A DNA stretch of 64,000 nucleotides from Planktothrix sp. GU0601_MAG3 (GTDB lineage Bacteria > Cyanobacteriota > Cyanobacteriia > Cyanobacteriales > Microcoleaceae), in assembly GCA_035193785.1 (NCBI GenBank), contig CP136572.1:3732578-3796577 (forward strand), in the 5' to 3' direction. Under the pieces are notes generated by a model that was not told the DNA's origin, did no database searches, and saw only the letters and a program-made list of their open reading frames with translations. The position numbers and the translations under genes are program-made. This document shows positions 17,322 to 28,285 of this stretch, in pieces; within the stretch, counting starts at the first letter, position 1, and the number at the start of each line of letters is the position of its first letter.

Positions 17322-17612
17322 ATGCAAGATCTGAAAAAGTATCGTATTCGATGCACACTAACCTATGGCGATATCTATAGCCAAATCATCGTTTGGTTAA
17401 TTGTCATCTTTATCGCCTTAGCAACTTCCCTGGCCCTGTGGAGTACAACCCGTCAAATTTATGCCTTAGCAACGGTTGGCCTAATTGTTGTGCTGTCTTT
17501 ACCTTTCCTGCTCTTTGCATTCGTCACCACTTTATTTAACCATATTGAAATTCTATCCGTAGACCCCTTGATTGAAGACGAACCCAGTCGTGCTGAATTT
17601 CCAGCTTCCTAA
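17322..17612 (+). CDS. Small hypothetical membrane protein
   Basis: Two hydrophobic helices, YRIRCTLTYGDIY N-terminus. Confidence 0.75.
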   Translation: MQDLKKYRIRCTLTYGDIYSQIIVWLIVIFIALATSLALWSTTRQIYALATVGLIVVLSLPFLLFAFVTTLFNHIEILSVDPLIEDEPSRAEFPAS

Positions 17613-17661
17613 ACAGCACAAGTTAGTCAGTTATCAGTTAATAGTTAAGAAGTTTACACCG

Positions 17662-17842
17662 GAACAGGGAACAGGGAACAGGGAAACAGGGAATAGGGAA
17701 TAGTAAAGAATTCAGCAGTTGGTTAACTCCTCAACTGATAACTGGTACAGACGCGCCATGGCACGTCTCTACACTGATGACTGATGACTCCTGAACTGAT
17801 AACTGATAATTGATAATTGATAACTGATAACTGATAACTGAT
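17662..17842. repeat. STRR heptamers (ACAGGGA, CTGATAA) plus one 28-bp palindrome copy
   Basis: Direct reading of the sdhA upstream region. Confidence 0.8.
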
Positions 17843-17847
17843 TTAAG

Positions 17848-19575
17848 ATGCTAGAACATGATGTGATTATTGTTGGGGGCGGGTTGGCAGGATGTCGGGC
17901 GGCGGTAGAAATTGCCCGCACTAACCCTAGCCTAAATATTGCCATTGTTGCCAAAACTCACCCCATCCGTTCCCATTCCGTAGCTGCCCAGGGGGGTATT
18001 GCTGCTACTTTAAAAAATATTGATGAAAATGATAGTTGGCAAGCCCATGCCTTTGATACCGTCAAGGGTTCAGACTATTTAGCTGATCAGGATGCGGTCG
18101 AAATTTTAGCCAAAGAAGCCCCGGATGTGATTATTGATTTAGAACATTTAGGGGTATTATTTTCCCGCCTTCCCGATGGCCGTATTGCTCAACGGGCTTT
18201 TGGGGGTCATTCCCATAACCGCACCTGTTACGCCGCCGATAAAACTGGTCATGCCATTTTACACGAACTGGTAAGTAACCTGCGACGCTATGGTGTCCAT
18301 ATCTATGATGAATGGTACGTCCTGCGCCTAATCTTAGAAGACGGACAGGCGAAGGGTGTGGTGATGTTCCAGATTAATGACGGACAGTTAACCGTTGTGC
18401 GGGCCAAGGCGGTGATGTTCGCCACGGGGGGATACGGTCGGGCATTTAATACCACTTCCAATGATTACGCCTCAACGGGGGACGGGCTGGCGATGGCAGC
18501 AATGGCCGGAGTTCCCCTGCAAGATATGGAGTTTGTCCAGTTCCATCCTACGGGATTATATCCGGTGGGGGTATTAATTTCCGAGGCTGTGCGGGGGGAA
18601 GGAGCCTATTTAATTAATAGTAATGGGGAACGGTTCATGGCGACATACGCCCCGAGTCGGATGGAATTAGCCCCTAGGGATATTACCTCTCGGGCGATTA
18701 CTTTAGAACTGCGGGCGGGGCGAGGAATTCACCCCGATGGTAGTGCCGGGGGGCCCTATATTTATCTGGATTTGCGACATTTGGGACGGGAAAAAATTAT
18801 GAGTCGGATTCCCTTTTGTTGGGAAGAAGCGCACCGTTTATTAGGAATTGATGCGGCGGTGGAACCGATGCCTGTGCGTCCCACCGTTCACTATTCTATG
18901 GGGGGGATTCCGACTAATATTGATGGGCAAGTTTTAAGCGGTATTGATAGTTTTGTGGATGGATTATTTGCCGCCGGGGAAGCCGCCTGCGTGTCGGTAC
19001 ATGGGGCTAATCGTTTAGGCAGTAATTCCCTATTAGAATGTGTGGTTTATGGAAAAAGAACCGGGGCGGCTATTGCCCAATTTGTCCAAAATCGCAAGTT
19101 ACCAACAATTGATGAACAGCTTTATTTGAAAGAGGCTGCATTGCAATTACAAGAGTTATTAGACCAGTCTGGAGACTATCGAATTGGGAAACTGCGCCAA
19201 GAGTTCCAAGATGCTATGACTTCCCATTGTGGTGTGTTTAGAACCGATAATATTATGCAGGAAGGGTTAGGTCAAATTCAAGAATTGCAAAATCGTTATC
19301 AACGTATTTATTTAGATGATAAAGGCAAATGTTGGAATACGGAATTAATTGAAGCGTTGGAGTTAAAAAATATTATGATTGTGGGAAATATGATTTTAAC
19401 TTCTGCCTTAAACCGCCAAGAAAGTCGAGGTGCCCATAGTCGAGAAGATTATCCGCAACGCAATGATGAAACGTTCCTAAAACATACTTTAGCCTATTAT
19501 TCTCCTGCGGGGATTGATTTAGCCTATCGTCCGGTAAAAATTACCCTATTTGAACCCCAAGAACGCAAATATTAA
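17848..19575 (+). CDS. sdhA: Succinate dehydrogenase/fumarate reductase flavoprotein subunit
   Basis: [45 protein letters not shown]. Confidence 0.96.
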   Translation: MLEHDVIIVGGGLAGCRAAVEIARTNPSLNIAIVAKTHPIRSHSVAAQGGIAATLKNIDENDSWQAHAFDTVKGSDYLADQDAVEILAKEAPDVIIDLEHLGVLFSRLPDGRIAQRAFGGHSHNRTCYAADKTGHAILHELVSNLRRYGVHIYDEWYVLRLILEDGQAKGVVMFQINDGQLTVVRAKAVMFATGGYGRAFNTTSNDYASTGDGLAMAAMAGVPLQDMEFVQFHPTGLYPVGVLISEAVRGEGAYLINSNGERFMATYAPSRMELAPRDITSRAITLELRAGRGIHPDGSAGGPYIYLDLRHLGREKIMSRIPFCWEEAHRLLGIDAAVEPMPVRPTVHYSMGGIPTNIDGQVLSGIDSFVDGLFAAGEAACVSVHGANRLGSNSLLECVVYGKRTGAAIAQFVQNRKLPTIDEQLYLKEAALQLQELLDQSGDYRIGKLRQEFQDAMTSHCGVFRTDNIMQEGLGQIQELQNRYQRIYLDDKGKCWNTELIEALELKNIMIVGNMILTSALNRQESRGAHSREDYPQRNDETFLKHTLAYYSPAGIDLAYRPVKITLFEPQERKY

Positions 19576-19618
19576 GTAGTGAGGCGTTCACGCCTCCTAG
19601 CCCTAAAGGGCTTACTAC
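19576..19618. repeat. GTAGT...GCCCTAAAGGGC..ACTAC REP-like hairpin
   Basis: Related copies at ~26711-26754 and ~43274-43304, each at a gene 3' end. Confidence 0.6.
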
Positions 19619-19696
19619 AAATAAAGGCGATCGCATTTCCTTCAATCCTAAATTGCTATAATAACAATCGGCCCAAAAATATCAACATCAAGCATA

Positions 19697-19927
19697 ATGT
19701 CTACTTATAGCGAGGTACTGAGTCAGGCTCAAAATCTCACTCCTGACGAGCAACAACAACTTTTAGAAGTATTGTCAGCATTGATGCGCGATCGGGTAAT
19801 AACCGAGACTCAACATAGCAGTGAAAGATTACCTGGAAAAAATTTAAAGAGATGGCGCGGTTTTTTGCCGTATCGTGTGGATGCTTTGGAATTCCAGTTG
19901 CAAATTAGAAAAGAATGGGATGATTAA
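19697..19927 (+). CDS. Putative antitoxin (VapB-like)
   Basis: Small ORF ending DALEFQLQIRKEWD, overlapping the start of a PIN gene. Confidence 0.7.
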   Translation: MSTYSEVLSQAQNLTPDEQQQLLEVLSALMRDRVITETQHSSERLPGKNLKRWRGFLPYRVDALEFQLQIRKEWDD

Positions 19928-20123
19928 TAAATATCTTCTCGATACCAACATTCTGATTTACTACTTCAATGATGGGTCAGAAGTTCAGCCTATATTTGAT
20001 GAAATTGAAGTTAAAGATGCAGAGGCATTTTACTGTCCGATTAGTTGGGTAGAGTTACTAAAATATTGGTGGGGTTGGGCGGGTTTATTAAGATTTTCTG
20101 TGAGATTTGAAAGATTTTGTTGA
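19920..20123 (+). pseudogene. Truncated PIN-domain (VapC) toxin
   Basis: MINKYLLDTNILIYY...CPISWVELL, after which the frame runs into a palindromic repeat at ~20066. Confidence 0.7.
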
Positions 20124-20235
20124 ACCCGCCCCTACAAATTTTGTGGAATGTAGGGGCGGGTTTCAAGTCAATTTTTGTGATGATCATTAACCCAAATAAA
20201 CCCGCCCTGTCTGTCCACAAATGCAGGGGCGGGTT
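20068..20235. repeat. Cluster of (GTA)GGGGCGGGTT...AACCCGCCCC(TAC) REP-like inverted-repeat elements
   Basis: Same family at 29361-29421, 42133-42384 and 53777-54000. Confidence 0.8.
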
Positions 20236-20256
20236 GTCTGGGAACGAGAAGAAAAG

Positions 20257-22942
20257 TTACACCGTTATCACGACATTGGAGAAGTAAGATGTGAATTCAT
20301 TGTAAGAAAGATCAATGAATCCATCGAATCCATCCTGATCACCATCTGTTGTTACATACTGATTAGTTGCGACATTATATCCGTCAAAACCCCAGGGATT
20401 ACGAACAATAATTCGTTGTTCACCTGATGAATCAACGTAAGCATTGGTTACAGAATAAGCATGGGTTCCTCTTGAAGAACCGGAAATCAAAGAGCTTGAG
20501 TTTTTCTCAGCTTCTGTATTACTACCTACAGCAACAAACTTGCCATTATTTAACGCTGATTGTATTTGATCAAAAGGTGTTGAAGATACTGGGGATGGGG
20601 GATTGTTAACAGAAAGTCCCGTAATTCTAGGAAATACTTCCTGCCTCGTTGCCCCGTTACCAATATCGTTATAACCATTACCAGTAGTATTACTCTGACT
20701 ATCTTGATACCACTGTGCATAAGCCTTTTCAACTAATGGTACCCAGATTGCAGCATCCTTGTTACTAGGATCTAATTTACCATCGCTATTAGGATCTAAT
20801 TGACCATCATCAATTTTGGCTCCATAGAGTTTTCCATTTAGGGTCACAACCTGATTATCAACAGTTACATACTCTGGACTACTGCCGTTATAAAAACGAA
20901 TAGTATAGGTGGTGCCATCCCCATTATCCTCAATCATATTTTCAATAACAGAACTAGCACGATTATCAGCATCACTGGTCTGGGAACCAAAGGTTGCTCC
21001 TAAAATAGCTAATGGGGTACAATCACCAATTTTTCCTTGATCAATATGTCCGATTCGAGCCTCTCCATCACTACCATACACGGAATTCTTTACCCGATCT
21101 ACCTGTAAAGGTGCGTATTGCAGAGAAACTGGCTTATCTTTTCCAGTATTATCTTTTTCAGTATACGAAGCAGGAGGTCTTTCCGTTCCTTTAAACCATT
21201 TATCAATTGCAGTAGTAATACTATTATTGGTTTTTACACCTTCAACCACTTTATATGATAGATACCAAGTCGAATCTTTCATGGTAAAGGGTGTGGAATT
21301 GCTAACTCGATCCGTTTCTGTCACCCCTAATTTTCTGTAAGTCTTGTAACTCGTTAGCATCAACAGTACCTCCATCTTGGGCATCGGCAAAAATATCTAA
21401 CATATCTTGTCGGCTTAATTCCCCATCGGATGCTTTATCACGGGAGATTGCTTCTAATTGATCATCGGTGAGAGTTGAGAAAAAGTCCGAGGGTACGGGG
21501 GTTGGTGTTGAAGTTGTTGCAGTTAGGGTATAGTTTCCTGTCGTATTTTCTGCCGAACTGGTGACACGAACAATATACTCAACCCCGGCTTCTGGAGTAA
21601 AGTTGATTTGAGAATCGTCTGTGGGTGGAGAAGCGTTTAAAATATCATCATTTTCGGTAACAACTTGCCCCGTTTGACTATTAATCAGTTGCAGATAGGT
21701 GTCAAAATTATCGGAGTTTAAGTTAATCGCAACTTCTTCACCGGAAGGAAGATTGGTTAAACGGAAATCTTCACTAAAGCTACGGTTACGCAACGGGTTT
21801 TCTATGTCATCCGTCCCACTCAAATCGGCATTAATGGTTTGATTTAAAGCCAGTTCTCCCACGGGTCGCTGTGAGGTAGAAGTGGTGAGGGTATAGTTGC
21901 CACTCTGTCCATTTTCACTGACTACAACAATGTCATATTGTTGACCGAGTTGTGCCTTGAATGATAGTTCTGAATTGCTATCGGTACTACTGATATCGCT
22001 ATTTTCAGCAATAACATTTCCTGTCAAACGATCCACAATTTGCAACTTCGGATCAAATCCCGTTGAGTTCAACTGAACTGTTACCGTTTGATTGGCCAGC
22101 ACACCGGATAAGACAAAATTCTCATTAGTTCCGTTTACAAGACTTCCTTCAAGGGTGTCATTCCCAGAAATCCCCTGTAATAGTCCCGTAACAGGTACAG
22201 ATACAGGTGGTGGCATATCTACACCTATCGGTACAGCTGTAGATCGGGGCATTTCTTCAAGTGGGGGTTCTGGGAAATAATTACTGAGTTGTTGTGGTGA
22301 AACTCCCGCAACTTTTGCTAAAACCGTACCGGATTTTTGATTCTTAATTAACGTTCCATCGGAAATTTGTTCTAAAGTAATATCGGCTTTGCTGATTCCA
22401 CCCGCTAAAGCAAAACTATCAGAAGTATTATCAAAATCGGTAATCACATCCGCAGTTGTCGCTGTTACACCTGCATCTTCCGCCAGGGTAAAGACATCTG
22501 CACCATCGCCCCCGGTTAAGGTATCCTGACCTGCACCACCCGTTAAGGTATCGTTACCTAAATCGCCAAAAATCTGATCATTGCCACTATTACCGATAAT
22601 AAAATCATCAGCTTGGCCACCGAAAAGGTTATCGTTGCCTAAACCCCCATCAATACGATCATTGTCTTTATTTCCAAACAGGAGATCATCATCATCTCCC
22701 CCATCAAGGGTATCGTTATTCTGTCCCCCATAGAGGGTATCGGCGCCTCCTTGTCCAAGGATGAGGTCATCTCCTTGATTTCCGTTGATGATTTCTGGAG
22801 AAACTGAACCCGTGATATTATCGTTTCCAGCCAGTCCTAGTAACCCACCAGGGTAGGGGGTTAAAAAATTAGGTTGTAGGGAAAAAGTATTGGACTGGTC
22901 ATCTAAAATGTATAAAGATCCATCATTACTGGGGCCAAACAT
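20257..22942 (-). CDS. RTX Ca-binding repeat / PPC-domain / calpain-like (peptidase C2) protein (frameshift at ~21316-21335)
   Basis: GGxGxD nonapeptides, two PPC-like repeats (..FD(P/T)xLQ...Y.(I/V)V.S...G.YTL), catalytic-type motifs QGKIGDC, HAYSV, RNPWG. Confidence 0.8.
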
Positions 22943-23100
22943 CCTGATCTCCTGGTTGTCTATGGGTGAAATTTATATGAGTCTGATGGCTAGAATCCTG
23001 ACTATATCTGGTTTTTAGCTATTAGTGGCTCAAAGGTAGAGTGCGATCGCTCACAGTTGTTGTAAGACTGTAGCAACTCAACTGTTGATTGCACAGTGAG

Positions 23101-23130
23101 AAAAAGTAACAAAAAGTGATAAAAAGTAGC
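23101..23130. promoter_or_regulatory. Three 10-bp-phased direct repeats AAAAAGT(A/G), candidate operator
   Basis: aaaaagtaac aaaaagtgat aaaaagtagc in the divergent intergenic region. Confidence 0.4.
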
Positions 23131-23293
23131 TAATTTTGGCGAGTGCTGCTAGGATGTATACTGAAGCCAATATCACAGAGGCTTTGACTGGAAACCCTAG
23201 GAGTTTGATTTTTAATCACTCGTCCCAACCCGTATTTCCCTTGTGTACTGAATCTGTGGTTGTGTAAAAAACTATTTATCCTATATTATTAAT

Positions 23294-24100
23294 ATGAATA
23301 TTGATGAAGCACTGGCTATCATCGAAACTGTTTTAGACGATGATGAACAGTTGAATGATGTCCAGGAGTTAATCTTTAAGCAATGTTGGCTAGGTCGGGA
23401 ATCTTACGAAGAAATTGCCAAACAGGGAAATTATGATAATGAATATATAAAATCGACGGCGGCGAAATTGTGGAAGCAACTTTCGGAGGTTTTTGGAGAA
23501 AAGGTTAAAAGAAATAATCTAAAATCCGTTTTAAAGCGGCATTTACGAAGGCAAAGTTTAACAATTCATAAAACTAAAATTATTGGAGTTAATGTTAGTG
23601 GGAAAAGTATTAATGAAGGCAGTATAAAAGGAGCTAAAGTCTTTTTGGATTCTTGTTTTAGTGACTCTCATAAATCATTTATAAAAGAAAATAAATCAGA
23701 GCCAAGTGAAATAATAGATAATTCCGAAGAAAAACAATTATCAGAGACTTTAACTCATTTACAGAAAACCGAATATTTTTGGAAAAAGTGGCATTTTCAT
23801 TCCTTAGAACAGGTTAAAATAGCGGAAGCGTTAGATAGAGCGGGGGTGTTATTTTTTCCTAACTCTAAAGCTCAATTACCAAATTTTGGAGATCAACCCT
23901 ATAAACAGGTAGATTTTTTGATCTGTTATAATAGCAAATTAGGTGTTTTAGAGATTCAATATTCTGATACTGAAAAACAGGAACAACGAGATTATTTTTT
24001 ATCAAAACAGGGGATTTTTTTGATTGAATATTGTGATCCAGTTCAATGTTTAGAAGATCCAGATCAGATTGTGCAGGAATTTATAATTAAGTTCATTTAG
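23294..24100 (+). CDS. Putative regulator with a cyanobacterial N-terminal wHTH and a C-terminal restriction-endonuclease-like fold
   Basis: LNDVQELIF..W..SYEEIA...Y...LWKQLSEVFGEKVKRNN N-terminus; IAEALDRAGVLFFPN..VDFLICY..GVLEI C-terminus. Confidence 0.6.
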   Translation: MNIDEALAIIETVLDDDEQLNDVQELIFKQCWLGRESYEEIAKQGNYDNEYIKSTAAKLWKQLSEVFGEKVKRNNLKSVLKRHLRRQSLTIHKTKIIGVNVSGKSINEGSIKGAKVFLDSCFSDSHKSFIKENKSEPSEIIDNSEEKQLSETLTHLQKTEYFWKKWHFHSLEQVKIAEALDRAGVLFFPNSKAQLPNFGDQPYKQVDFLICYNSKLGVLEIQYSDTEKQEQRDYFLSKQGIFLIEYCDPVQCLEDPDQIVQEFIIKFI

Positions 24101-24150
24101 GATCAAATAGGTATAACCCAGAAACGAGGGAACGAGGGATTTAGAAATGA

Positions 24151-24218
24151 GAATTACACAGATTAACGCAGATTAAAATCCGTGAAATCCGTGAAATCCT
24201 CTTAAATCCGTGATCCCC
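24151..24218 (+). repeat. AAATCCGTG-family dispersed element, copy 2
   Basis: Matches the 11140-11207 element. Confidence 0.85.
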
Positions 24219-24227
24219 ATTAATATA

Positions 24228-25113
24228 TTATTTAGCAACTTGAATCGGCCCATCAATACTACCACTAAAAAACTGTTTGACAATCGCACTATCGGTAGTA
24301 AATGCTTCCTGAATTGTTCCTTGCCATTGCACTAAACCTTGATAGAGAAAAACAATCCGATCCGCCGTGCGTCGAATCGTACTATCTTGATGGGTGACAA
24401 TACTATAGGTACTGCAACCTTTTCCACTATGTTGTAAATCCCTAATTAAATCCTCAATAACCGTTGATGCAATCGGATCTAACCCGGCGGTAGGTTTCGT
24501 CATATAAAATCACCTCTGGAGTCTCCCTAGGATTTTCTGGATTGGGCATAATTGCCCGGGCAAAACTCACCCGTTTTCGCATTCCTCCCGATAATTCGGC
24601 GGGATAGCGATCGCCAATATTAGGCAACCCTACCATTTCCAATTTCTCATTAACCAATTCTCTAATTTTTTGAGAAGGTAACTTCGTATGTTGATAGAGT
24701 AAAAAACCAATATTTTCCGTCACCGTTAAAGAATCAAATAAAGCCGCCTGTTGAAATACCATGGCAATTCCAATCGGATCAGTAATATCATCGACCCATC
24801 CTTGCCGTTTTTTTCCTAATATATAAACTTCTCCTTCATCGGGGGGTAAAAGTCCGGCAATAATTCGTAAAATCGTTGATTTTCCCGTTCCTGAAGGGCC
24901 AATAATTCCCAGGGCTTCTCCCCGATAAATCGTTAAATCAACCCGATCCAAAATCATTTGGGAACCAAAGGCTTTACTCACCCCTTTTAATTCAATTAAA
25001 GGTTCTAAAGATTCCGAGTGCTTTGATAAAACCAAGTTATCCTTGAAATCGACGGGTTCAACTTTAATCCTCGGAGTTTTTCCCTTGTCACCGTCTTTGA
25101 TCATTTCGCTCAA
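24228..25113 (-). CDS. MlaF/Ttg2A/TGD3-type ABC transporter ATP-binding protein (apparent +1 error at ~24496)
   Basis: GPSGTGKS, FQQAALFDSL, LSGGMRKR, YDEPTAGLDP, VTHQ. Confidence 0.9.
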
Positions 25114-25319
25114 CCCTTCTTATCATTGTAACTTATACCCAATACAGTTGTTAAGCAAACGATTTAATCGTTATCATCATTTTGATCTCCCTCGTTAGGA
25201 AAAATTCAAAACACCGATAGCCCGATGGAATTAACCTCTAGTCCATTATTTACGATCAGCACGACCTCCCTAGTCTAAATTGTCTGTAAAAGCCCGTATA
25301 TCAAAGTAAAACACTATCT

Positions 25320-26703
25320 ATGTCAACTGGTTCGTTCAAACACACCTTCCGCAGAATTATGAAACTCAGACTCCATCTTGGCCTATCGAATTATCGTTCT
25401 CCCCGGATGATTAACCAATGGTTTAAATGGTTATCCCCTGGGTTGTTTATCAAGCGGTGGATGGCGGTTAGCGCCACGGGGGTGTTAGTGGCTAGTTTAG
25501 GGTTGGCGATCTCGACGGGAATGACTCCGATTTATTACATCCTACAACTGCTGAAAAATTTATTAGGATGGATTACCACCGTTGTACCGAATTATATCTC
25601 GGGGCCATTAATGATTGCCTTGGGGGTTGTGCTGGTTTCTTTGGAGTCAAACCCGCAGTCTAAATTCCATTAGTGAAGCCTTTTATCCGGTCGGAGATGA
25701 ACAATTAGTTGATCGTTTGTTGAGTCATCGCCGATTATTACGGGGGCCGAAAATCGTTGGCATTGGGGGCGGAACTGGGTTATCCACTTTATTGCGGGGA
25801 TTAAAAGAATATAGTGCTAATATTACCGCCATTGTTACGGTGGCAGATGATGGAGGATCTTCAGGAAGGTTACGTCGAGAAATGGGAGTATTGCCACCGG
25901 GAGATATTAGGAATTGTATCGCCGCCCTAGCCGATGAAGAACGATTATTAACGGAATTATTTCAATATAGATTTACCGCCGGAGATGGATTAACCGGACA
26001 TAGTTTCGGAAATTTATTCTTAACCGCCATGAGTGAAATTGAAGGGGATTTAGAACAGGCAATTGTCGCTAGTTCCAAGGTATTAGCCATTAGAGGTCAA
26101 GTCCTACCCGCCACCTTAACAGATGTTAATTTATGGGCAAAATTAGCTGATGGTCGTCGAATTCATGGGGAATCTAGTATTACTGAAGCTAAGGGAAAAA
26201 TTTTGACAATTGGTTGTATTCCCCCCAACCCTCCCGCCCTACCGAAAGCAGTACAAGCAATTTTAGAAGCAGATTTGATTATTATTGGCCCGGGTAGTTT
26301 ATATACAAGTGTAATTCCTAATTTATTAGTTCCAGAAATTGCCGCTGCCATTGCTTCTCGAAATGTTCCCCGGATTTATATTTGTAATATTATGACACAA
26401 CCAGGGGAAACCGATGGTTACACCGTTTCCGATCATATTAAAGCCATTGATAAAGCCTGCGGTTATCAATTATTTGATGCGGTGTTAACTCAAGGAACAG
26501 TTCCCCCGGCTAATGCTTTAATTCGATATGCTCAAGAAGACTCTCATCCAGTTATTTTAGATCGAGATTTGGTTAAACAATTGGGTCGAAGGATTGTGAT
26601 GAGTAATGTTATGGACGTTGATCATGATACCGGATATTTACGCCATGATCCCTATCGGTTAGCCCAGGTTTTATTAAGATGGTTTGGCAAAACTAACCAG
26701 TAG
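25320..26703 (+). CDS. yvcK: YvcK/UPF0052 family protein with N-terminal membrane segments (apparent +1 error at ~25637)
   Basis: [39 protein letters not shown]. Confidence 0.9.
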
Positions 26704-26783
26704 GTTAGAGAGTCCTAAAGGACTCACTACAACGTAGTAAGCCCTTTAGGGCTTAATTCTTTCTAAACTATTCACATAAAATT

Positions 26784-27245
26784 ATGACTCAATTCCATTT
26801 ACCCAACGCCCAAGCTACCCACGAATTAGGTAAACAATTAGGGCGATCGCTCCCTCCCCATAGTATTCTATTATTAGAAGGAAATTTAGGAGCCGGAAAA
26901 ACAACTTTTGTTCAAGGTTTGGCGGCTGGTTTAGACATTTCTGACTCTATTGAAAGTCCGACATTTACTTTAATTAATGAATATCTAAAGGGCAGGATTC
27001 CTCTCTACCATTTAGACTTATATCGATTAGAAGCATCGGAAATCGAACATTTGAATTTAGAACAATATTGGGAAGGAATCGAAGTAGAACCCGGAATTGT
27101 TGCCATTGAATGGGCGGATCGTTTGCCCTATAAACCGGAAAGTTATCTAAAAATAGAATTAACTTATACAGAAAAAGGTGATCGTCTTGCTACTTTATTT
27201 AATGTCGGTCAGGAGAATATTAATCTGGATTTAGATGGGATTTAA
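26784..27245 (+). CDS. tsaE: tRNA threonylcarbamoyladenosine biosynthesis ATPase
   Basis: GNLGAGKT, SPTFTL, HLDLYRL, IEW. Confidence 0.95.
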   Translation: MTQFHLPNAQATHELGKQLGRSLPPHSILLLEGNLGAGKTTFVQGLAAGLDISDSIESPTFTLINEYLKGRIPLYHLDLYRLEASEIEHLNLEQYWEGIEVEPGIVAIEWADRLPYKPESYLKIELTYTEKGDRLATLFNVGQENINLDLDGI

Positions 27246-27365
27246 TTTCTAAATTGGGTATAAATTGGAGGCGATCGCCAAACAAAACAACTTTACAAAA
27301 CCATGGAATTATAGGATAATTTAAACAGACTAATCCCAGTTCAACCCATTTCCCAAAATCCCCCA

Positions 27366-27836
27366 ATGATTCGATCTGCAAAACCCTTACTGTTTCTAAC
27401 TCCTTTCCTTTTTGTGAGTATTTTTTCAGTTTCTGTTAATGTTCACGCCCAAACCAAAAGCAAAATAACCCTGAATATTGATGGGTTCAAAAATAAAAAT
27501 GGACAAATTTGTGCAAGTTTATTTGCGAGTAATAAAGGCTTCCCAGGTAATGGAGACAATGCGATAAAAAGCGGTTGTGTGGGTATTACAGAAGTTCCCG
27601 TAGTTATGAATTTTGATAATTTACAACCGGGTAGTTATGCCATTGCCGTTCTCCATGATGCGAATAATGATAAAATAGCTAACCGAAATGCTTTAGGAAT
27701 TCCCACCGAAGGATTTGGTTTTTCTAAAAATCCCACCATTTTCACCGGGCCACCCAAATTCAATGATGCGGCGGTGGTGGTGGCTGGAGAAAACACGAAG
27801 ATTAATATTAAATTACGGTATTTGTTAGGGGGTTAG
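27366..27836 (+). CDS. DUF2141 family secreted protein
   Basis: Signal peptide; GSYAIAVLHD.N...GIPTEGFGFS.NP. Confidence 0.85.
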   Translation: MIRSAKPLLFLTPFLFVSIFSVSVNVHAQTKSKITLNIDGFKNKNGQICASLFASNKGFPGNGDNAIKSGCVGITEVPVVMNFDNLQPGSYAIAVLHDANNDKIANRNALGIPTEGFGFSKNPTIFTGPPKFNDAAVVVAGENTKINIKLRYLLGG

Positions 27837-27978
27837 GGTTAATATCCCCCCGCCGAGAATGGGAGGGGATTCCATCTACTTCAACAAATCAACCCTTCGA
27901 CCGTTCGACAGGCTCACGGCTCAGGAGATAATTGTTGAAATTCTGGGTGGGATAAATTTAGCCTTAACTAAAATTATC

Positions 27979-28248
27979 CTAATAGACTTGAATCCAGGCT
28001 TTAACATCATATTCCGTCCAAATCCCATTTTGCCAATAGGGGTCAGACTCAATTAACTGACGCACGGTTGCTTCATCCTCCGCTTCATAAATCCCAAATA
28101 TTTTAGTCACATCCTGAGTCGGGCCAATGGTTAATAAAACTCCCGATTCTTTTTGTTGTTTTAATCGTTCTAAATGTTCCGCCCGATAGGGTTCTCGTTT
28201 CTCCAGAACGTTCTCACAATAGCTTCCGAACATGACATATTTTGGCAT
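27979..28248 (-). CDS. YciI family protein
   Basis: R.PYRAEHL, GP, DPYW.NG. Confidence 0.85.
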   Translation of the reverse strand: MPKYVMFGSYCENVLEKREPYRAEHLERLKQQKESGVLLTIGPTQDVTKIFGIYEAEDEATVRQLIESDPYWQNGIWTEYDVKAWIQVY

Positions 28249-28285
28249 AATTGTTACTGATTGATGGTTGATTGTTGACTAATAT

